From Pontiella sp. (GTDB lineage: Bacteria > Verrucomicrobiota > Kiritimatiellia > Kiritimatiellales > Pontiellaceae), in contig JBNKHE010000004.1 in the NCBI GenBank assembly GCA_050290185.1, positions 224,001-288,000 on the forward strand: DNA of 64,000 nt, written 5' to 3'. Both the position numbers and the translations under genes were made by a program. The notes beneath the pieces were generated by a model. The model was not told where the DNA came from. It saw nothing but the letters and a program-made list of their open reading frames with translations, and searched no databases. Below, in pieces: positions 46,975 to 55,864 of this stretch. Positions within the stretch are counted from its first letter, which is position 1. Every line of letters starts with the position of its first letter.

Positions 46975-49194
46975 ATGGATGAAAATGGTATGGACGAGTC
47001 CGAAAACAAGGATCAGCAGCCGGAACAAAAAAACAGGCAACCCAACCGGGAGATCGGAAATCCCAACCTCTTTGCCGGCGACATCGTTTTTTCGGATACT
47101 GAAAAAATCCTTTTCGAAGAGGATTTGCAGGATCAGTCTAAATCCCACGACGATCTGATGGATGGGAATCCGGCCGACCGCTACTCGCCCAACAGAAAAC
47201 TCAACCAAGGCGGAATGAAGGCCATCTGGGAAGTCGATGACCACCGTACGGCCCGCAAGGTGGCTATGGCGCTGATTCAGGACTCCAAGATAGCCGCGAA
47301 GGAGGACATAGATTCATTCCTTTACGAAGCCCGGTTAACGGCAAACCTGCAGCATCCAAACATTATTCCAATCTACGACATCGCCGTCGATGAAGACGGG
47401 AATCCCTATTTCACCATGAAGGCGCTCAAGGGCGAAACCCTCGGCGAGATCATCAGGAAACTGCACGAAGGCAATAGTGCCTACCGTAAACGCTACACCC
47501 GAACCCGCCTGATCGGCATCTTCCTGAAGGTCTGCAACGCCATTGACTATGCCCATACCAAAGGCGTCATCCATCTTGACCTAAAGCCATCCAATGTCAT
47601 TGTCGGCGATTTCGGCGACGTACATGTACTCGATTGGGGCCTATCCACCTTGATCACCCATCTCAATGAATATGATGGAGAACCCGTTTCGTGGCATAGT
47701 ATGGACGATGTGGCCTTGGAAAATGGTCAGACGCTCACCCGATATCTCGAAAGCACCGCCAAACGCCGCCATGTCGTGGGCGGCACCCCGGGCTACATGT
47801 CGCCGGAACAGGCCCAGGGATCGCCGGCGGATATCGACTTTCAAACCGATGTCTACATGCTCGGCTCAATGCTCTACGAAATCCTGACCTACCAGTGCCC
47901 TATCCTTGGCGACACGGTCAAAGAAGTCCTTCAAAAAACTGTGCGAGGCGATTTCCCAACACCAACCAAACGCGCTCCTGAACTCCGCATTCCGCAGGCG
48001 CTTGCCGCCATCGCCATGAAAGCCATGCGGACCGCGCCGGATGAACGCTACGCCAATGTCGCCGCACTGATCCGCGACATCCATCAATATCAGGACGGCT
48101 TCGCCACCATCGCCGAAAACCCAACCTTCTTTACCCACTTTGCCCTACTGGTGCGCCGGCACAAGATGGCGGTCAGCCTGATTGCAGCCTCGGCTGCGCT
48201 TATCACAGTTATTCTGGTGCAGAGCTTCAACGAGATCAAAGCGAGCGAACAGGTAGCGGTCAGCGCCCTGGCCGCGTTGCAGGAAAAAAACGACTATATC
48301 GCCGAAACGGCCAAGCAGGTGGCCCCGGATTACCTCACCCTCGCACAACGCGAGGAAAGGACCTTTGCTTTCGACGCCGCGGAACAGGATCTAGACCGGA
48401 GCCTGGCCTTCGATCCAAACAATCCGGCGGCATGGAAGCTGAAGCTCCGGATGCTGCTGGCGCAGCAACGTTTTACCGAAGCCCGGGAAATCCTTGAGGG
48501 GGAAACCGGACCGGATGATGACGACGCCCTGCGCAAGCTGGCGCGAAGCAGCGGCTATGCCGAGCCGGTGACGGATGCAGACCTCCCCCGGCTGGCCATC
48601 GATTTCCGTTCGCATGGTATGTCCAGCGGACTCCCGCGCCTGTTCCATCACCTCAACCAGCAACCATTTGATCCGGAAACCCGCTTTCCGGCCCTGGCCG
48701 AATCCCTCAAACAACTCAACCCCAATGTTCAGGAGCTCCATTTTAGCTGGCAGGCAGGCGAACCGAATGGCTGGAACATTGACATTGGAAACAACCCGGG
48801 GCTAGACGATATTACACCGCTGTGCGGATTAAACATCGTAAACCTCAAGGCCCATAACATCGGCACACCCAACCTTGCCCTGCTTACCGAAAACGGCATG
48901 CGCTCCCTCGACCTGTCAAAGACGCAGTTGAACCATCTGTTCGACCTGGACCAGCTTGCCGGCCTACGGGAACTCAATATCAACGGAACCCGAATCCGCA
49001 ACATCTCCAATATCGTAAAGTATCCCCAACTCACCTCGCTCGACATCAGCCATATTGATGGCCTTTCGATTTCGCCACAGCTTGTTTGGTGCCGAAATCT
49101 CAAGTGGCTCACCGTTGCAGAAAGATTCCGCAATGATCCAACCATCCAGTCCCTGGCAAACCGCGGCGTCATTATCATCTACACCGACAACTGA
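46975..49194 (+). CDS. Hanks-type Ser/Thr kinase with TM, TPR-like and C-terminal LRR regions
   Basis: GGMK, EARLTANLQHPNI, IHLDLKPSN, LDWG, GTPGYMSPEQ, DVYMLG; LxxLxL repeats. Confidence 0.9.
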   Translation: MDENGMDESENKDQQPEQKNRQPNREIGNPNLFAGDIVFSDTEKILFEEDLQDQSKSHDDLMDGNPADRYSPNRKLNQGGMKAIWEVDDHRTARKVAMALIQDSKIAAKEDIDSFLYEARLTANLQHPNIIPIYDIAVDEDGNPYFTMKALKGETLGEIIRKLHEGNSAYRKRYTRTRLIGIFLKVCNAIDYAHTKGVIHLDLKPSNVIVGDFGDVHVLDWGLSTLITHLNEYDGEPVSWHSMDDVALENGQTLTRYLESTAKRRHVVGGTPGYMSPEQAQGSPADIDFQTDVYMLGSMLYEILTYQCPILGDTVKEVLQKTVRGDFPTPTKRAPELRIPQALAAIAMKAMRTAPDERYANVAALIRDIHQYQDGFATIAENPTFFTHFALLVRRHKMAVSLIAASAALITVILVQSFNEIKASEQVAVSALAALQEKNDYIAETAKQVAPDYLTLAQREERTFAFDAAEQDLDRSLAFDPNNPAAWKLKLRMLLAQQRFTEAREILEGETGPDDDDALRKLARSSGYAEPVTDADLPRLAIDFRSHGMSSGLPRLFHHLNQQPFDPETRFPALAESLKQLNPNVQELHFSWQAGEPNGWNIDIGNNPGLDDITPLCGLNIVNLKAHNIGTPNLALLTENGMRSLDLSKTQLNHLFDLDQLAGLRELNINGTRIRNISNIVKYPQLTSLDISHIDGLSISPQLVWCRNLKWLTVAERFRNDPTIQSLANRGVIIIYTDN

Positions 49195-49195
49195 C

Positions 49196-49804
49196 ATGGA
49201 ATCAGAAAACTACAATCCAACGCGGGTTACCCTGCTCGCCAAACTGAAAAAGACCGAGAACGACCAGGCGTGGCTCGAGTTCGAAACCATCTACCGCGGC
49301 TTTATCCTCAGCCTGATCCTGCGCATGGGCATCAACTCCGAGGATGCCGAGGATATCAGCCAGGCGGTCCTGACCAAGGTATGGCAGAAGATCGAGGATT
49401 TCGAATACAACCAGAACAAAGGCAAATTCCACAACTGGCTCGCCGCCATGACCCGCAACACCGTCAAGGACTTCTTTCGGACCAAAAAGAATTTCATCAC
49501 CGGCCGCGATTCGGTCGAATATCAGGAACAATACCTCGATATCGAGGAGCATGTGCTCCCCGGCATCGAAAACCTCGCGCGCGAAGAATGGGTGCTTCAC
49601 ATCACCAATCTGGCGTGGGACAACATCAAAGATGGCATCTACGAAAGCAAACGCGAGGTGTTCAAACTCGTATCACAGGATGTCTCTACCCGGGAAATTG
49701 CTGAAAAACTCGGTATTTCAGAGGCCAGCGTGCGTGTCTATAAGGCCGAGGTCTTTGAAAAAATGCGCACGGAGATCACCCGTCTCAACCGGGAACTAGG
49801 CTAA
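49196..49804 (+). CDS. ECF RNA polymerase sigma factor (kinase-associated PVC type)
   Basis: TRVTLLAKL..AWLEF..Y, DAEDISQ, GKFHNWL, EIAEKLGIS; starts 1 bp after the kinase stop. Confidence 0.9.
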   Translation: MESENYNPTRVTLLAKLKKTENDQAWLEFETIYRGFILSLILRMGINSEDAEDISQAVLTKVWQKIEDFEYNQNKGKFHNWLAAMTRNTVKDFFRTKKNFITGRDSVEYQEQYLDIEEHVLPGIENLAREEWVLHITNLAWDNIKDGIYESKREVFKLVSQDVSTREIAEKLGISEASVRVYKAEVFEKMRTEITRLNRELG

Positions 49805-49849
49805 AAATACGGATTTTATGAAAAAATCATAAAAAAAGTCCGGTTTCGG

Positions 49850-49877
49850 GTAACGATCCCCCCTGCACCCTCGAATT
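49850..49877 (+). promoter_or_regulatory. ECF-type promoter, copy 2
   Basis: GTAAC-17 bp-CGAATT preceded by A-tracts. Confidence 0.65.
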
Positions 49878-49880
49878 ACT

Positions 49881-49987
49881 TAATGAACCCAACAATTTCA
49901 TAAGGCAAACGCAACGACTCAAGTGAACCCAAACCTGTTGCAGCCAATTACTCCGGCCCCGCCCTAACCCAGCGGGGCTTTTATTTT
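49881..49987 (+). ncRNA. Candidate sRNA, copy 2, downstream of the ECF gene (5' end approximate)
   Basis: Same motif order as copy 1; terminator GCCCCGC-N9-GCGGGGC-TTTTATTTT. Confidence 0.65.
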
Positions 49988-50037
49988 ATCTGAATCAATA
50001 CTCATTATTTATCCCTAGGTTTTGGGGGATCAAAAGG

Positions 50038-50067
50038 GAAAGGCCCCGGCTTGCGCCGGGGCCTTTC
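50038..50067 (-). terminator. Rho-independent terminator after the giant subtilase
   Basis: 13-bp stem GAAAGGCCCCGGC-TTGC-GCCGGGGCCTTTC, followed on the minus strand by CCTTTT. Confidence 0.8.
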
Positions 50068-50141
50068 GAGATACCGGACCCCTTGTTTTAGGAGGGAGGA
50101 CCTGTTCCAAACAGTCCGGATTTTATTTGGGAGATTGATTT

Positions 50142-53100
50142 CTAGTTTCTGACCTCCACCTTGTAGAATCGGCAACCGTCGCTATTCGGGTCAACAATCA
50201 CCATAGGATTGCCATCGCCCGGTTCATCGACGATTAGTTGCTGCCATGTCCCGCCGATTTCGGTGCAATAGTAGACCGTGTAGTAACGACCTGCTACCGA
50301 ATCAAAGACGATATCGCAACCACCTTCAGCAGACGGCTGGATGTCGGAGACATAGAAGTAGGAAGTCGGATCGGTGGCACTGGTGCCGGCAATCACTTCG
50401 TCTCCATCCGGACTGAGGTCACCATCGGTGTCGGAATTCGTTGGATCGTACCCGGCCATGAATTCCTGATAGCTCGTCAGTCCGTCTCCATCGGAATCCG
50501 TCTCGAAGGAAGTAAGCCCGTAATTAATAACGAAACTTTGCAGCGAAGCCGTCAGCGTTGTCCAGGTCTCCCTGGGATCCGTTCCATTGGCAATTTCGAC
50601 GGTATCCAATACCCCGTCGCTATCCGTATCGGCTGACGGATTGACATACTCATAGGCACCAATATCCACCGTATAGTAGGTGTTTGTATCGGCATCCCCA
50701 TCCAAGGGACGCGGCGTATCCTCAATGTCGTACAACGGTGCGCTGTAGTATGTGCCCTTATCCACACAAGGCGACCCAGGCAAGAGGTGATAATTTCCGC
50801 CACCGACATAATTAGGAGTCGCATCGGTGTTGAAACGGTCCACCACAAAACCATATCCGTCGCTGATATCGCAATACCAAGGATCAAACTGTTTGGAACC
50901 CTGACGGCAATGCAACGAATTGTAACGATCATCCCCGGGTTCATACCGAACCGGACTAAGCCACTCGGCATCATTGCAGTAGTTAGTCCAAATGATGGTA
51001 TTGCGGATATATTCCACGAAGTTTCCGAGCGATGTAATGCCGCCTCCGCGCGTCATGGCCAGATTCTCTGCCAACGTGCAGTTAATGGTCCGTGCGGAGC
51101 AACGAGAGCCTACGTAGATGCCTCCCCCCAGACCAAAATCGGGATATTCCTTGTTCTCGGGATAATCCAGATCCAATGCGGATGTACGGTTACCGGCAAT
51201 CACGCAATTCTGAACCAACGGCAAGCTTCCGTCCAACAACAGGATTCCACCGCCATTTTCATCATCGTGCGTTTCATCTACCATATCCTCGATCAGGTTC
51301 GCAAGTTCTGCGATATTGGTTGAGGCCATGCGCGATACACCATTATACGTGTAGTAATCTGGAGCATAGTTGCCGGTCACGGAGCACTGATCGATGGTTG
51401 GAGAGCTGTTCTCGCAGCGGATGCCGCCTTGGCAATCGGAAACCGTGCACCCTATGATCTGGGCAGAAGGATCGTTGACCAGCCAGATTCCCCGCCCAAT
51501 GCCATAGATATTGCTGGCATGCTCGATGACCGTATTCCGAATTTCCAATCCGCTGCTGTCGAACACTATTATGCCACCTGCGGCATAGGAGATGGTGCAA
51601 TCCAGGATACGGGGAGTCGATCCGTCTAAGGCACGGATCGCCACGCCTTCCACGATGTTTGTGATGACGCAGTTCGTTATAACCGGACTCGAATTGAATT
51701 CGCAGTAGATGGCATCGTCGCGGCAGGTTTGAACAATGCAATCGGCAATGGTTGGACTCGTCGCGTCACGACAGACAATACCATGTTCCTCGCCACATGA
51801 GCCATCTGAACAATCCGTATTTTCCAGCGAAGTTTGAATCGTTACTCCGCGCAATACTGTATCAAGCCCTTGTCCACCTTCAAAGATGAAGCCGGCACCC
51901 AGGCCATGGCTTTTCACAATCGTCCTGGAAACGTCGTTTGTGTTTTCAGCCAAAATGCGGAGCTGAAGAGTCCCGGGATTGATATCGCGGTTTCCAACAC
52001 CGTAGTATTGCCCTTCCTGAATAAGAATAGTGTATCCATTGGAAGCGACATTGATGGCTTCCTGAATCGCATCGAACGGATGGTCGATAGAACCATTTTC
52101 GGAAGGATCACTCAATTGGGGGTCCTGTGGCTGGCCGCCAAACAGATACCAATCGTATGGGCCATCATCGTTTACAACAACCGGATCGGAGGCATTGGTG
52201 GCCTGCGTACCCCAGGCAAACTCCCAGTCATCGCTAAATCCGTCGCCGTCAGTATCCACGTTGTCGGGATCGCTTCCGTTGAGATATTCCTGATAGTTCG
52301 AGAGTCCGTCGCCATCATGATCGCCAAAAGCGCCATTATTGGTGTTGATGGTGCCATCATCGAGCGGATTCAAATAGTGGGTTTCCTCCCATCCATCAGG
52401 CAATAAATCGCCATCCGTGTCCGGATTGTTTGGATCCGTGATATACATGTTGGTAATCGGCATGCCGTTGAATGAGAGCGCCACCCGGAAGTCATTGGTG
52501 ATTTCCCAGTTGTCACCCAGTAGATCGTCATCGCTATCGGCTTTATTCGGATTCGTCGCACCGGGATAGTTTACGGCATTGGTAAGTGCATATTCACCCA
52601 AATTTGATAAATCGAGTCCAGGAATCGAGTTGTCGCCATCAGGATCATCCTGAGCATCATCCACCAGCGGATTCAGGCCATTATCGATTTCCCAACCATC
52701 CGGCATAGCGTCGTTATCCGTATCGGGATTCGCCGGATCCGTCCCCGCCAGGCTTTCTTCCAGATTGGTGGCACCGTCGGAGTCGGGATCGTTGGCGGCA
52801 TCGTCCACCAGCGGATTCAGTCCGTTGTCGATTTCCCACTGGTCGCTCATTCCATCGCCATCGGTATCGGCTTCGAGCGGATCGGTCAGATAGAGGTTGT
52901 CCACGCCATTGGTCGTCACTTCGTAGTGATCGGATAAGCCGTCGCCATCCGTATCGGATGTACGCGGATCGGTCAGATAGATCTGCACCTCCTGATAACC
53001 GTCCTCCAGCCCATCGGCGTCCTGATCGGGATTCGCGGGATCAAGATTGGCAAGATATTCGCCCCAGTTGATGATCCCGTCCGAGTCGAAGTCGTTCGTG

Positions 53101-55838
53101 TAGGACTGGTCGAGATTTCCAAAATTAACGATCTCCCAGTTATCGTACATACCGTCCTCATCGGAATCGATCGAACATCTGAAGACATGCAATCCCCTGC
53201 CCTTGCCGGCCACATAGGCATAGCCGTTGGCAATGGTGACCCCATAGGCCTCGATGTTGGCATAATGCGTATAGGGCGTGATATCGCTCAGGTCGGATGC
53301 ATCCATGATACGCAACCCTTTCGCCCCATCGGCCATGTAGAGCAACCCATCGAAATAGGCCACGTCCTCGGCCGAACCGGGGGTATCAGTGCCACCCAGC
53401 TTGGTCTTGGCTGCGTTGTAAACCAGTGCGCCATATTCCTGCAGCGCCACATACAGCTTGTTGTTCTCTGCAAACACAGCCGCACAGTTCCTGTTGCCAT
53501 CGCCATCCGCAATGGATTTAGCCGAATAGGTCGATGACTTGGCGGATGTCGCAATCTTTCCAAGGCCACCGTACATCGCCATGTAGACGGATCCTCCGAC
53601 CAGCGCCACATCGTTGACCTTGAAATTCGGATCGCCGTTGCCGGAAAACGAAGCGGTCACGTAGGCACTGCTCGGGTTGGATATATCAACTACCGTCAGA
53701 CCGTTGGAAACGGACGCCAGATAGGCAAACCCGCCACCCACATCCACTTTGGAAGCGGGAACCGAAACCGAGGACAGCAACACAGGATCCGTCGGGTCGG
53801 AAACATCCACGACGAAGAATCCGTTTTCAGCATCAGCCACATAGGCATAGTCGCCATCCACCCTCACGCCCCGGACCGAGCCGGAGGTGGAATAGGATCC
53901 CACCAACTCCGGATTTTCCGGTTGACTGAGACTTAGTATTTTGAGGCCGAATCCACCGTCGGCTACATAGGCATATCCGTTGGCAACCACGACATCGTAC
54001 GTATCGAGGCACTGGCTGTTGAAGCCCAGATATTGCAGCTTCGGCAACGTACCCATAACATCGCGAGGATTGAATCCGTAGCGGATCTCCCAGCCATCAA
54101 TCAAACTGTCGTCATCCGAATCCGGATCATTTGGAATACACGCGCTCTGGTATTCCTCAAGGTTCGTCAGAAAATCGTTGTCGCCGTCAAGCAGCGCATC
54201 GAGTGGATTGTTTGGATCCAGCCCATAGTTCTCTTCCCACGAATCGGGGATGCCGTCCTTGTCGGAGTCGCTGGCGCTGGCAAACATGGCAAAAACATTC
54301 ATGCGTCCGCCCGAGACCACCTTTCCAGCCAGAACCGGAAGCTCATCAACACTATCCAGCAAGACCTGCTTGGCCTCCGCCGGAGAGATATCCGCATTCA
54401 GGCTGATCAACAGCGTCATCGCACCTGCTACATGGGGACAGGCCATGGAGGTGCCCTGAAGCGTTTCCGTCCCGCCATCGAGATAGGTACTGACAATATT
54501 CACACCCGGTGCGGCCAGGTCCACCGAATTGGCTCCGTAGTTTGAAAATGTCGCCAGATTGTCGTTTTCGTCGGTCGCGGCCACGGCAATGACATTGGGC
54601 AAATCATAGCTGGCCGGATACTGCGGGAGCGAATCGTTATCCGACGAATCATTGCCGGCGGCGGCCACAAAAATGCAACCCTGCTCATTGGCATATTCGA
54701 CCGCATCATAGATCGTCTGGCTGTAGCCCGTACCCCCATAGGAATTCGATAGCACCTTGGCTCCATTGCGGGCCGCGTAGCGGATACCATCGACGATATC
54801 CGAATCCAGCAGGCCCTCTTCGGTTCCAACGCGCACCGGCATGATCGAAGCCGTCCAGCAAACCCCAACCACCTGGTTGGCATTGTTCCCGACTGCGCCG
54901 ATGGTTCCGGCGCAATGCGTTCCATGGCCGTCGCTATCATTGGGGTCGTCGTCGTCGGACACAAAGTCCCAGCCATTGATATCGTCCACATATCCGTTTC
55001 CATCGTTGTCCTTACCGTCTCCGGGGATTTCGATGCTGTTGATCCACAGGTTGGCCTCCAGATCGGGATGATCCAGATCCATGCCGGTGTCGATGACGGC
55101 AACCACCGCATCACTGCTTCCGGTTGTGATATCCCATGCATCGGGCATGGAAATCTTGGGCATACCCCAAAGGTTTCCGTACATCGTATCGTTGGGAACA
55201 GCCGTAAGGTGGCGTACATAATCGGGCTCGGCATAAGCAATCGACCGGGCTTCGGCCGCAAAGTATTCAACGGCCTGTTCGACCGCATCAAGTCCGGGGG
55301 CTTCGAGCCGGACAATGAAGGTATCACCATCGGATAATGTGCGAACCACGGTTGCGTTGTATTGCGCAACCAGTTCCTTTAATTCGTCCGCCGAGCTCCC
55401 CTCGCGGAGATGAACCAGTACATGATCGGCAACCATTTCCATCCGGCCGACTGGAACTAACTTCCGCTGATCAGGATCCTGGCGCAATGTTTCCGTTACA
55501 ATCCTGTTCGGATATTTTCCGGTGCGCTGTACCAGCCTCCGGGATTCCACATCCCCGTTGCTCAGCATGGTTTGACGTTCTGCAAGAACCTTGGATCCAT
55601 CCACCATTGCGGTGCCATTGAATGCTGCACCACCCAATGTTTCAGCGTCCAAGCCCGCTGACGGGGCCGTTGCACTCACTGATTGGGGTTCGGAATCCGT
55701 TTGCCCGCTGATGATCGTGGTTCTCGGCCCCGCGAAGTAGTATATCGCAACCCCTGCCACGAGTAACGCAGCACCAGCCATCGGCCATCCAAAAAACTTC
55801 TTTTTCACAACTGCTCCCATCTTGCCGTATTCCGCCAA
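50142..55838 (-). CDS. Giant multidomain S8 peptidase (subtilase, LVIVD repeats, Ca-binding DxDxDG repeats, parallel beta-helix)
   Basis: VAVIDTG, GHGTHCAG, GTSMACPHVAG; YAYVADG..GL..I.VS.P repeats; many DTDGDG..D.WE..GLNP repeats; start uncertain (55838 or 55820). Confidence 0.88.
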   Translation of the reverse strand: MAEYGKMGAVVKKKFFGWPMAGAALLVAGVAIYYFAGPRTTIISGQTDSEPQSVSATAPSAGLDAETLGGAAFNGTAMVDGSKVLAERQTMLSNGDVESRRLVQRTGKYPNRIVTETLRQDPDQRKLVPVGRMEMVADHVLVHLREGSSADELKELVAQYNATVVRTLSDGDTFIVRLEAPGLDAVEQAVEYFAAEARSIAYAEPDYVRHLTAVPNDTMYGNLWGMPKISMPDAWDITTGSSDAVVAVIDTGMDLDHPDLEANLWINSIEIPGDGKDNDGNGYVDDINGWDFVSDDDDPNDSDGHGTHCAGTIGAVGNNANQVVGVCWTASIMPVRVGTEEGLLDSDIVDGIRYAARNGAKVLSNSYGGTGYSQTIYDAVEYANEQGCIFVAAAGNDSSDNDSLPQYPASYDLPNVIAVAATDENDNLATFSNYGANSVDLAAPGVNIVSTYLDGGTETLQGTSMACPHVAGAMTLLISLNADISPAEAKQVLLDSVDELPVLAGKVVSGGRMNVFAMFASASDSDKDGIPDSWEENYGLDPNNPLDALLDGDNDFLTNLEEYQSACIPNDPDSDDDSLIDGWEIRYGFNPRDVMGTLPKLQYLGFNSQCLDTYDVVVANGYAYVADGGFGLKILSLSQPENPELVGSYSTSGSVRGVRVDGDYAYVADAENGFFVVDVSDPTDPVLLSSVSVPASKVDVGGGFAYLASVSNGLTVVDISNPSSAYVTASFSGNGDPNFKVNDVALVGGSVYMAMYGGLGKIATSAKSSTYSAKSIADGDGNRNCAAVFAENNKLYVALQEYGALVYNAAKTKLGGTDTPGSAEDVAYFDGLLYMADGAKGLRIMDASDLSDITPYTHYANIEAYGVTIANGYAYVAGKGRGLHVFRCSIDSDEDGMYDNWEIVNFGNLDQSYTNDFDSDGIINWGEYLANLDPANPDQDADGLEDGYQEVQIYLTDPRTSDTDGDGLSDHYEVTTNGVDNLYLTDPLEADTDGDGMSDQWEIDNGLNPLVDDAANDPDSDGATNLEESLAGTDPANPDTDNDAMPDGWEIDNGLNPLVDDAQDDPDGDNSIPGLDLSNLGEYALTNAVNYPGATNPNKADSDDDLLGDNWEITNDFRVALSFNGMPITNMYITDPNNPDTDGDLLPDGWEETHYLNPLDDGTINTNNGAFGDHDGDGLSNYQEYLNGSDPDNVDTDGDGFSDDWEFAWGTQATNASDPVVVNDDGPYDWYLFGGQPQDPQLSDPSENGSIDHPFDAIQEAINVASNGYTILIQEGQYYGVGNRDINPGTLQLRILAENTNDVSRTIVKSHGLGAGFIFEGGQGLDTVLRGVTIQTSLENTDCSDGSCGEEHGIVCRDATSPTIADCIVQTCRDDAIYCEFNSSPVITNCVITNIVEGVAIRALDGSTPRILDCTISYAAGGIIVFDSSGLEIRNTVIEHASNIYGIGRGIWLVNDPSAQIIGCTVSDCQGGIRCENSSPTIDQCSVTGNYAPDYYTYNGVSRMASTNIAELANLIEDMVDETHDDENGGGILLLDGSLPLVQNCVIAGNRTSALDLDYPENKEYPDFGLGGGIYVGSRCSARTINCTLAENLAMTRGGGITSLGNFVEYIRNTIIWTNYCNDAEWLSPVRYEPGDDRYNSLHCRQGSKQFDPWYCDISDGYGFVVDRFNTDATPNYVGGGNYHLLPGSPCVDKGTYYSAPLYDIEDTPRPLDGDADTNTYYTVDIGAYEYVNPSADTDSDGVLDTVEIANGTDPRETWTTLTASLQSFVINYGLTSFETDSDGDGLTSYQEFMAGYDPTNSDTDGDLSPDGDEVIAGTSATDPTSYFYVSDIQPSAEGGCDIVFDSVAGRYYTVYYCTEIGGTWQQLIVDEPGDGNPMVIVDPNSDGCRFYKVEVRN

Positions 55839-55864
55839 CGCGGAATTCCGGGCAATATTTCAGA

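Noticed and set aside
46776..46982. 68-aa ORF or leader peptides over sRNA copy 1
   Set aside because: Frame and length are not preserved in copy 2 (MNPTIS stop), while the RNA pairing is.
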